This document shows, in pieces, positions 1 to 4,733 of a DNA stretch of 4,733 nucleotides (its first letter is position 1; each line of letters starts with the position of its first letter). Location: IMG/VR virus record IMGVR_UViG_2548876695_000014. One strand, 5' to 3'. The translations under genes were made by a program, and so were the position numbers. The notes under the pieces were generated by a model, which worked only from the letters and a program-made list of their open reading frames with translations, did not search any database and was not told the DNA's origin. The DNA comes from a virus (lineage: Duplodnaviria > Heunggongvirae > Uroviricota > Caudoviricetes).

Positions 1-167
1 CAGGTAGGCAGCATTAATAACCGCCTGTGCCAGATCGCGTTTCTCAAACTTTCCTTTTTCCGGTTAACGTGACATACCAATAACTCTTGTCGAAAAAGCC
101 AGCAAGTTGAAAGACCGGTATTAATAACCACCAGCGAATTTATTGCGCTGCTGTATATTACGGACAC

Positions 168-190
168 AAAAAAACCACCTTCCGGTGGCT
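168..190 (-). terminator. Intrinsic terminator about 100 nt downstream of the antirepressor-like gene
   Basis: On the minus-strand RNA: stem CCACC / GGUGG (plus 175-179 and 184-188) with loop GGAA, extendable by two flanking pairs, followed directly by a 7-U tract (plus A-run 168-174). Confidence 0.45.
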
Positions 191-287
191 TCCTTGTGCG
201 AAAAAAACTTGCGTTTCGCCTCGCGATACAGCTTTGCGAAGCATACAGGAATTGAAGCAGTTTATGTGCAAAAATGCAAGAACTTTT

Positions 288-869
288 TTAAAGCTGCATC
301 AACCTTTCCACCAGTTTATCTCTGCGAACAACAAACCAACCATTGGCTCTCGCCAGTTCCAGCCATGACTCAAGGGAAATAACAATATCATCATCCCGTA
401 ACTGAATTGTGGAAACAGTGACACCGCCTCTCTGATAACAGAGAACTCGCGTGTCGTAACTTTTCTGGCATGAAACTGGCGCTGACGGATCCTTTTGTCT
501 GAAATAGCAGTCTTCCAGCTTTTCGAACACATCCCACGCCTGATCGGTTTCCAGCATTTTGGCATGACGGGCTGCTCCGCGTTCTGTCCAGAGGATGAGG
601 GAGCGGGCTTTCGGGGAAATTTGTAACCCTCTTAAAGATGGTTGCAAATTTTGTGAGTAGTTTAAAGCTACCCGCAAATTTTTCAGGGCATCGCCAGCCA
701 CTTTGAAAAAATGCTTTCCTTCAATAAAGCGCTCAGCATTTCTGGCGTAGTTATTTTGAATGTTCTTAACTCCAGCACCGTACAACTGCGCCAAAAGTTC
801 GGTGGTAATAACAGGAATCTGGTTATGGGTGATCGGGGAGAGAGTTTCAATAGAAATTTGAGTTGTCAT
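288..869 (-). CDS. Antirepressor-like DNA-binding protein, 193 aa (ORF6N/Rha-type N-terminal domain suspected)
   Basis: Full ORF from ATG 869..867 to TAA 290..288; AGGG Shine-Dalgarno 7 nt upstream. N-terminal region (...VITTELLAQLYG...NAERFIEGKHFFKV...LILWTERGAARHAKMLETDQAWDVFEKLEDCYF) matches my memory of phage antirepressor N-terminal domains. Family assignment not verified by search. Confidence 0.6.
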   Translation of the reverse strand: MTTQISIETLSPITHNQIPVITTELLAQLYGAGVKNIQNNYARNAERFIEGKHFFKVAGDALKNLRVALNYSQNLQPSLRGLQISPKARSLILWTERGAARHAKMLETDQAWDVFEKLEDCYFRQKDPSAPVSCQKSYDTRVLCYQRGGVTVSTIQLRDDDIVISLESWLELARANGWFVVRRDKLVERLMQL

Positions 870-910
870 AATGACGCCCTCTGGTGGTTTCTAAACCATC
901 ACCACCGTCA

Positions 911-921
911 GGTTCCTAATC
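911..921 (+). repeat. GGTTCCTAATC motif, copy 1
   Basis: Exact 11-mer, identical to the copy at 1077-1087; sits in the loop of a CACCACC/GGTGGTG hairpin. Confidence 0.6.
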
Positions 922-942
922 ATCGGGTGGTGAGACGTACAG

Positions 943-952
943 GGTTAGGAAC
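943..952 (-). repeat. Inverted copy of the same motif (GTTCCTAACC read on the minus strand)
   Basis: Plus 943-952 is GGTTAGGAAC, the reverse complement of GTTCCTAACC; differs from the direct copies at one position (T to C). Confidence 0.55.
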
Positions 953-1030
953 TACCGGGAAACCAACCGGCGAGCTTTTCAGCTCCCCCATACGCCCCAC
1001 CATAATTCAGATGTGCGCGTGCATACGACA

Positions 1031-1054
1031 ATAAAAAACACGCTCGCGGCGTGT
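1031..1054 (-). terminator. tR'-like intrinsic terminator downstream of the Q-like gene
   Basis: On the minus-strand RNA: stem ACACGC / GCGUGU (plus 1038-1043 and 1049-1054), 5-nt loop, then a U tract (plus A-run 1033-1038). About 80 nt downstream of the predicted start site of the 1117-1146 promoter. Confidence 0.5.
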
Positions 1055-1076
1055 GTCTGTCGCGGTCTCTATCCGG

Positions 1077-1087
1077 GGTTCCTAATC
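1077..1087 (+). repeat. GGTTCCTAATC motif, copy 2
   Basis: Exact 11-mer, flanked by CCGGG and CCCG; lies inside the short leader between the late-type promoter and its terminator. Confidence 0.6.
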
Positions 1088-1116
1088 CCGACGCCAGATT
1101 TTGCTGGCGCGTGAGG

Positions 1117-1146
1117 AATATAGCCCCGGATAACAGATTGAGTCAA
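1117..1146 (-). promoter_or_regulatory. Strong sigma70-type promoter directly after the Q-like stop codon (pR'-like late promoter candidate)
   Basis: On the minus strand: -35 TTGACT (plus 1141-1146, overlapping the TGA stop), 18-nt spacer, -10 TATATT (plus 1117-1122); predicted start near plus 1110-1112. The first 20 nt of the transcript can form a CGCCAG/CUGGCG hairpin (plus 1092-1109). Confidence 0.5.
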
Positions 1147-1697
1147 CAGACAGTTTTTAAATACCCGGAAGAGAATGCATCACGCATCGGCAGATAGAGC
1201 ATATATTCAGCAAGATTTAGCCATACATCTACCCGACTGCAGCACGTCCGAAAACACCACTCAGGGTGTGCATCATTTAGCAATTCAGCCATTTTGCGCT
1301 TACTCATCCCCCGCCCTTCATATCTTTGCCGGAGGATACAAATCAATCCTGGGTGTTCTGCCAGCACTTCACTAATCACCCGATCAATGCATAACGCCTC
1401 TGCATCAGTACAATGCACCAGCCAGCTTTTTTGCTTGCCGTTGATCATATCCCGCAAAAAAGCCTCAAGTTCAGGTTTGTCCAAACCTGCTTTTTTCATC
1501 CTCCGGAGCGCCTCGTTAATTGCCGTTTTTGTCAGCTTTTTAGAGGTCAGCAACTGGTTGAACATATTTCCCGTCTTACCGCCGCCAATATACGACCAGC
1601 GCCCCCACATGCGCAGTTTTCCCTGAATCCAGACACTTTCCAGCGTGGTGAGACGAAGGTGCTCTCCGCTTTTTCCTGTGTTCGTTGGGTAAATCAT
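1143..1697 (-). CDS. Q-like late-gene antiterminator candidate, 184 aa (positional call; family unverified)
   Basis: ATG at 1697..1695 overlaps the upstream TGA in an ATGA junction; GGAG/AGGA Shine-Dalgarno 9 nt upstream. The 224-aa track ORF is an in-frame extension back into the upstream gene. It is the last gene of the nin-like module and is followed at once by a promoter and terminator, as Q is in lambdoid phages. It contains a Cys/His cluster (HC-x6-C ... HPEWC-x3-CC). It does not resemble the lambda Q sequence as I recall it. Confidence 0.5.
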   Translation of the reverse strand: MIYPTNTGKSGEHLRLTTLESVWIQGKLRMWGRWSYIGGGKTGNMFNQLLTSKKLTKTAINEALRRMKKAGLDKPELEAFLRDMINGKQKSWLVHCTDAEALCIDRVISEVLAEHPGLICILRQRYEGRGMSKRKMAELLNDAHPEWCFRTCCSRVDVWLNLAEYMLYLPMRDAFSSGYLKTVC

Positions 1698-1984
1698 AAA
1701 TAACCGTCCTTTCTCCAGATCTCTTGTGTGCGAAAAACACCTTCTGCATGCATCAGGCGCAATTCTTCTTTGGTGTAATCGCTGGTTTTTACTCTCCCGT
1801 CGATTAAATCGTGGCATGAGTTACAGGCAATCGCCGCCTGCATATCGTGTGGTTTTGTCGCTGTTCCGCACGTCCCCGCCAGCCTGTAATGCGCCAGCAC
1901 AGAAGTTTCGGGATTGTGATTGCAGTAGCCAGGAATTCTGACTGTGCACATCTGCCCCCGCGCCGCTTTACGTAAATCCACCAT
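1694..1984 (-). CDS. ybcO: YbcO-like prophage protein (DUF1364 family, Cys-rich putative zinc-binding nuclease), 96 aa
   Basis: Full ORF; ATG 1984..1982 overlaps the upstream TAA in a TAATG junction. Sequence LRKAARGQMCTVRIPGYCNHNPETSVLAHYRL...ACNSCHD closely matches my memory of E. coli DLP12 YbcO, including the C-x7-C and C-x2-C spacing. Confidence 0.75.
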   Translation of the reverse strand: MVDLRKAARGQMCTVRIPGYCNHNPETSVLAHYRLAGTCGTATKPHDMQAAIACNSCHDLIDGRVKTSDYTKEELRLMHAEGVFRTQEIWRKDGYL

Positions 1985-2583
1985 TACGCAAACTCCAGTA
2001 ACTGCGCGGCCACATTTTCGACTTCCTCCGGAGAGGAAAATTTACGGAACAGGATCCAGTTCCACAGCACATTCAGTACAGATTTATAAACCTGCTGAAA
2101 CTCGGTTTCGTCCATGTTCGCAAATGCGATAGATTTTGCCCTGCGCCCACGACTACCGTCCGGATAAAAATGTTCGGTGTAAAATCCGGCCTGAATGGTT
2201 ACCCATTCGCGAAAAGCGTCAAAGGACTTGAGTAAGGCCGTATCCCGGGTTCTGCAAGTCGTAACGGTGTTAAGGTATTGCTCTGCGGCATCACTCAGGG
2301 CTGGCGTATGTTCCCGACCTACTGATTCGCACAGGAAATCAACGAAACCGGACACCAGTTCTCGTTCGCGAGGCGTGATCGCCCCACCGTTCGGAGTCCA
2401 GTAATCGAATCCCAGTTGCAGGAGTTTGAAAAAACGCTTGTGGAACGCGTAGTTACGCACTCGCTTAAAGTCCGCGTGTATCCACTCACCTATTTTGATT
2501 TGATGCAAAAAATCGCAACTCTCCGGCGTCGCCGGGAGAAGTAATCCGGAAGAGGTTTGTTTGACCAGTTGTATATGCGCCAT
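1984..2583 (-). CDS. nin-region protein, DUF1367-like, 199 aa
   Basis: ATG at 2583..2581 with GGAG 7 nt upstream; the track start at 2595 is a TTG four codons further up. The stop overlaps the YbcO-like start. Family call rests on my recollection that DUF1367 proteins sit next to DUF1364 in prophage nin regions; unverified. Confidence 0.55.
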   Translation of the reverse strand: MAHIQLVKQTSSGLLLPATPESCDFLHQIKIGEWIHADFKRVRNYAFHKRFFKLLQLGFDYWTPNGGAITPRERELVSGFVDFLCESVGREHTPALSDAAEQYLNTVTTCRTRDTALLKSFDAFREWVTIQAGFYTEHFYPDGSRGRRAKSIAFANMDETEFQQVYKSVLNVLWNWILFRKFSSPEEVENVAAQLLEFA

Positions 2584-2642
2584 TGCTGTCTCCAATGGCG
2601 CTGTAGGTTGCCAGTTGTTCAGGCTGGCTTACGAATTATAAC

Positions 2643-2816
2643 TCATTCCCGAATCACCTTGAAACCGAGCCTTTCAAGATATTCAATGAATGCCTCGATA
2701 GATAAAATTACATGATTATCAGGGATTAACGTTGCGTAGATAACTTCCCCATTCTCAACGCGCACAGCATAGAGGCCATTTTCACTAAAAATTTCACGCA
2801 ATTCTTCGATTTTCAT
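2643..2816 (-). CDS. Small hypothetical protein, 57 aa (below the ORF-track length cutoff)
   Basis: ATG 2816..2814 to TGA 2645..2643, hand-translated: MKIEELREIFSENGLYAVRVENGEVIYATLIPDNHVILSIEAFIEYLERLGFKVIRE. GGAAGGA Shine-Dalgarno 8 nt upstream. First gene after the 2898-2925 promoter, same strand as its neighbours. No family recognised. Confidence 0.5.
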   Translation of the reverse strand: MKIEELREIFSENGLYAVRVENGEVIYATLIPDNHVILSIEAFIEYLERLGFKVIRE

Positions 2817-2897
2817 CAACAGAATCCTTCCAGATAAATAGCACTCCCCTGCTCGGGGTCCATCCCTCTTCTCCCTGCGCGCTACTTAAGTGCATCG

Positions 2898-2925
2898 ATT
2901 CTAGTCAGGCATACCCGCTTATCAA
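2898..2925 (-). promoter_or_regulatory. sigma70-type promoter for the nin-like module
   Basis: On the minus strand: -35 TTGATA (plus 2920-2925), 16-nt spacer, -10 TAGAAT (plus 2898-2903). Predicted start near 2891, giving a leader of about 75 nt with a small CCCC/GGGG hairpin (plus 2846-2858) before the 57-aa ORF. Confidence 0.45.
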
Positions 2926-2978
2926 CAAACGAAGGTCGGTTTAGTGGAGGAATCGGCTAAAACTTGATCTGTTAAAGT

Positions 2979-3004
2979 AAAAAACCCGCCGAAGCGGGTT
3001 TTTT
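2979..3004. terminator. Bidirectional intrinsic terminator ending the AT-rich operon
   Basis: GC stem CCCGC / GCGGG (2985-2989 and 2994-2998) with loop CGAA, flanked by a 6-A run (2979-2984) and a 6-T run (2999-3004), so it is followed by a U tract on either strand. It lies 6 nt past the stop of the 130-aa gene. Confidence 0.7.
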
Positions 3005-3009
3005 GTATA

Positions 3010-3402
3010 TTACATACTCTCAATGTCATTTTTTAGTGAGTGCTTGTGTAACTCCATGGAGTAATCAACATCACGAAGAGTTTTTTCAATCTGCTTGCTT
3101 CTCAGGGTGGCAAGCGCATTATCAATTGACACTTTTTCTTCATCTGAAGCATCAGCTCTCATTTTCGTAAGAGTCTTACGAGCCCTTGCCACATCCACCT
3201 TGAAACGTACGTCCTCTATGCTAGGTACGTTAACAAACGTAAGAAGTAGCAAAAAGAAGTGAGCAATAACAACAGCAACCCCAGGGAGAAATGCGTTGAT
3301 ATCAGCAGGTAACCCAATATATGCGCTAGCCTTGACCAATAGGTAATTTGCCACCGGTGTGCACCACGCTTGGCTTGCAACATACTTAGATTGTTGAATC
3401 AT
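3010..3402 (-). CDS. Small membrane protein, 130 aa: hydrophobic N-terminal segment(s), charged helical C-terminal half
   Basis: ATG 3402..3400 overlaps the upstream stop (ATGA); GAGG 6 nt upstream. Strongly hydrophobic stretch LPGVAVVIAHFFLLLLTFVNV, then a Lys/Arg/Glu/Asp-rich tail. AT-rich codons. No family recognised. Confidence 0.65.
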   Translation of the reverse strand: MIQQSKYVASQAWCTPVANYLLVKASAYIGLPADINAFLPGVAVVIAHFFLLLLTFVNVPSIEDVRFKVDVARARKTLTKMRADASDEEKVSIDNALATLRSKQIEKTLRDVDYSMELHKHSLKNDIESM

Positions 3403-3638
3403 GAAGTGCCTCGCGTTAAATCACGCTGAACCTCACTCAACGTGGACGCGAGCTCACGTGCATCCTTTGCATCCAACTGAACTTCGCAATAATGCCTAAC
3501 TCCACATCGATCTATATAAGTAAATTTGAGTGTCTTACTTGGTTTAAGCCAAACCAAAAAATGATATACAGCAAAACGAGCCAACATAAAGGCGGCAACA
3601 AAAACCGTAATCATCAACATGACACTTAAATAAGGCAT
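3399..3638 (-). CDS. Small membrane protein, 79 aa: single N-terminal transmembrane helix
   Basis: ATG 3638..3636, only 8 nt after the stop of the upstream gene. Hydrophobic residues 3-31 (YLSVMLMITVFVAAFMLARFAVYHFLVWL) followed by a polar C-terminus. No family recognised. Confidence 0.65.
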   Translation of the reverse strand: MPYLSVMLMITVFVAAFMLARFAVYHFLVWLKPSKTLKFTYIDRCGVRHYCEVQLDAKDARELASTLSEVQRDLTRGTS

Positions 3639-3646
3639 ATTATTAC

Positions 3647-4516
3647 CTATACGATTCGACGTTCAGCTGCGGCGCGATGCCGTACAACCTGCGTGATAAT
3701 GTATGCTGGATTCCCCAATACACCATTAGTTTCTTTGACTCTTTTTGTCACATTCACTACAAAAAGATCATCTTTACTGAATGACGCTTCGTTTAAATTT
3801 ACTCGCTCAAGAAAACCAGCATCCGCCATCTTAACCTTTACATCCTCGCCGTCTGGCAATACCATCCTCCAATCTGTATCGGAAGTAAAGCTCAGCTTAG
3901 AAAACTTGACGTTTAAGGTCAATGAGTCTTCATGTGTATGTTGTACAACCGTATTATTCACTTTTTTAAAAGAAACAGATTGCTCTTGCGAAATAGAGAC
4001 AATCTCCTCCCCACTTGAGTTTTTTACTCTAAACGACGAGTTTTTTTCAGTTTGCAGAGGAGTGTGTACCAATTTACTCATTTCATTGCGGATCGTAGAG
4101 TTTGTAACGAGCTTTTGTACGTCATTTGAACACTCAAATCGCTCATTATCAACAACAAAAGTCGCTCGGTTATTGGCTTCATCTATAACAACCTCATGTG
4201 GCTTTCGCCCTCGCAACCATTCTACAACCCCAACCAAACTCCCAGCACTTGCGCCGGTGGCAACAGAAAGCCCCAAGAGTTGCAAAGTAGATAAACTACC
4301 CAAAACAGAGACAAGAACAGTAAAAGATCCTTCCTGAATTGCCTTAATACTAACCCTAGTTGTTGCAGTCTCACCGTGGATAATTTTCTCTGCATTATCA
4401 ATCAAATTACTTAATGAAGACAGAGCATCACCAAGCATTTTAGCATCGATCTCATTATTCGCATATGCATCCCCAGCATATGCAATCTCAAGCTCTGTTA
4501 CCTGTTGGTCGGTCAT
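3647..4516 (-). CDS. Hypothetical protein, about 289 aa, with an internal hydrophobic hairpin carrying a G-x3-G-x3-G motif; first gene of the AT-rich operon
   Basis: Long minus-strand ORF, stop TAG 3649..3647. Two in-frame ATGs: 4534 has no Shine-Dalgarno, 4516 has GGTGGAG 9 nt upstream, so I prefer 4516. Hydrophobic stretch encoded near 4220-4327 includes TGASAGSLVG. No Walker or other enzymatic motif seen. No family recognised. Confidence 0.7.
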   Translation of the reverse strand: MTDQQVTELEIAYAGDAYANNEIDAKMLGDALSSLSNLIDNAEKIIHGETATTRVSIKAIQEGSFTVLVSVLGSLSTLQLLGLSVATGASAGSLVGVVEWLRGRKPHEVVIDEANNRATFVVDNERFECSNDVQKLVTNSTIRNEMSKLVHTPLQTEKNSSFRVKNSSGEEIVSISQEQSVSFKKVNNTVVQHTHEDSLTLNVKFSKLSFTSDTDWRMVLPDGEDVKVKMADAGFLERVNLNEASFSKDDLFVVNVTKRVKETNGVLGNPAYIITQVVRHRAAAERRIV

Positions 4517-4609
4517 GAAGTTCAACTCCACCATAAAAAATATGCAAAATAATTAACAGTATTTTCACTTTATGGCGGGTGCGTTGAGGATGCCTGACAC
4601 ATCAGAGGT

Positions 4610-4628
4610 GGCGGGGGTTTACCCCGCC
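4610..4628. other. GC-rich hairpin between the upstream gene end and the AT-rich operon
   Basis: GGCGGGG / CCCCGCC stem (4610-4616 and 4622-4628) with loop GTTTA. Not followed by a clean U tract on either strand, so not called a terminator. Confidence 0.4.
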
Positions 4629-4635
4629 TGGTCTC

Positions 4636-4733
4636 TTACTCCTCAGGTTCGTAGGCTACGAAGACAGCGACCTCCGTCTGGCCGGTTCGGATTCGTACCT
4701 CGCAGAGGTCTTTCCTCGTTACCAGTGCCGTCA
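4636..4733 (-). CDS. 3' end of a gene entering from the right edge (C-terminal 31 codons only); product unknown
   Basis: Minus-strand frame open to the window edge, ending TAA 4638..4636; hand translation ...TALVTRKDLCEVRIRTGQTEVAVFVAYEPEE. Composition is more protein-like than the other open frames here. Too short for the ORF track. Confidence 0.3.
   Translation of the reverse strand, partial: TALVTRKDLCEVRIRTGQTEVAVFVAYEPEE

Noticed and set aside
1-167. Possible minus-strand gene start at ATG 14..12 running out of the left edge
   Set aside because: Only four codons are visible and the Shine-Dalgarno is weak; cannot be supported from this window.
143-382. Plus-strand ORF of 79 aa
   Set aside because: Overlaps the terminator hairpin and the 3' end of the minus-strand antirepressor-like gene; no Shine-Dalgarno; Cys/Arg-rich shadow-like composition.
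299-565. Minus-strand ORF of 88 aa
   Set aside because: Lies entirely inside the 193-aa antirepressor-like gene in another frame; the longer ORF has the better start context and recognisable domain features.
711-1034. Plus-strand ORF of 107 aa
   Set aside because: Antisense to the antirepressor-like gene and running through the structured leader and terminator; implausible composition.
905-1093. tRNA or tRNA fragment suggested by the T-arm-like GGTTCCTAATCC
   Set aside because: The loop would be TTCCTAA, lacking the conserved purine-57 and A58 pattern, and I could not build an acceptor, D or anticodon arm around either copy; more likely a repeated regulatory motif.
1698-1817. N-terminal 40-codon extension of the Q-like ORF (track start 1817)
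   Set aside because: The extension overlaps the YbcO-like gene in another frame, whereas ATG 1697 has a Shine-Dalgarno and a canonical ATGA junction.
1175-1941. Plus-strand ORFs at 1175-1375, 1294-1626, 1413-1703 and 1726-1941
   Set aside because: All are antisense to the Q-like and YbcO-like genes, which have coupled starts and family-like features; these look like shadow ORFs.
1944-2404. Plus-strand ORFs at 1944-2132 and 2195-2404
   Set aside because: Antisense to the DUF1367-like gene; Arg/Ser-rich, low-complexity products.
2584-2595. TTG start at 2595 for the DUF1367-like gene
   Set aside because: ATG at 2583 lies 4 codons downstream with GGAG 7 nt upstream; the TTG has no better context.
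3693-4337. Plus-strand ORF of 214 aa
   Set aside because: Antisense to the 289-aa gene; the product is Ser/Thr/Cys/Phe-rich as expected for a shadow frame of an AT-rich gene, and it has no ribosome-binding site.
4573-4733. Plus-strand open frame from ATG 4573 to the window edge
   Set aside because: Arg/Pro-rich, low-complexity translation; the minus-strand frame ending at 4636 is more protein-like.
1-4733. CRISPR arrays, insertion-sequence inverted repeats, rRNA or canonical tRNA genes
   Set aside because: No spaced direct-repeat array, no terminal inverted repeats flanking a transposase-like ORF, and no cloverleaf-compatible sequence found by eye.

Overview
The window reads as part of a lambdoid (enterobacterial-type) prophage, and every gene I can support lies on the minus strand; the plus-strand ORFs in the track look like antisense shadows. 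Read right to left: (1) the C-terminal end of a gene entering from the right edge (ends 4636); (2) an AT-rich three-gene operon (3010-4516/4534) encoding a ~289-aa protein with an internal glycine-zipper hydrophobic hairpin and two small proteins with N-terminal transmembrane helices, ending at a bidirectional intrinsic terminator (2979-3004); (3) a near-consensus sigma70 promoter (2898-2925) driving a nin-like module: a 57-aa ORF missed by the ORF track, a DUF1367-like protein, a YbcO-like (DUF1364) Cys-rich protein and a Q-like protein, all translationally coupled; (4) directly after the Q-like stop, a strong promoter (1117-1146) and an intrinsic terminator about 80 nt downstream (1031-1054), the classic pR'/tR' late-control layout; (5) a structured leader carrying three copies of a GGTTCCTAAYC motif; (6) an antirepressor-like (ORF6N/Rha-type) gene (288-869) and its terminator (168-190). 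The strongest candidate for an undescribed system is the AT-rich membrane-protein operon, which looks like horizontally acquired cargo with exclusion/defence-like architecture. I recognise none of its three proteins. All family assignments are from memory and motif inspection; no database search was run.
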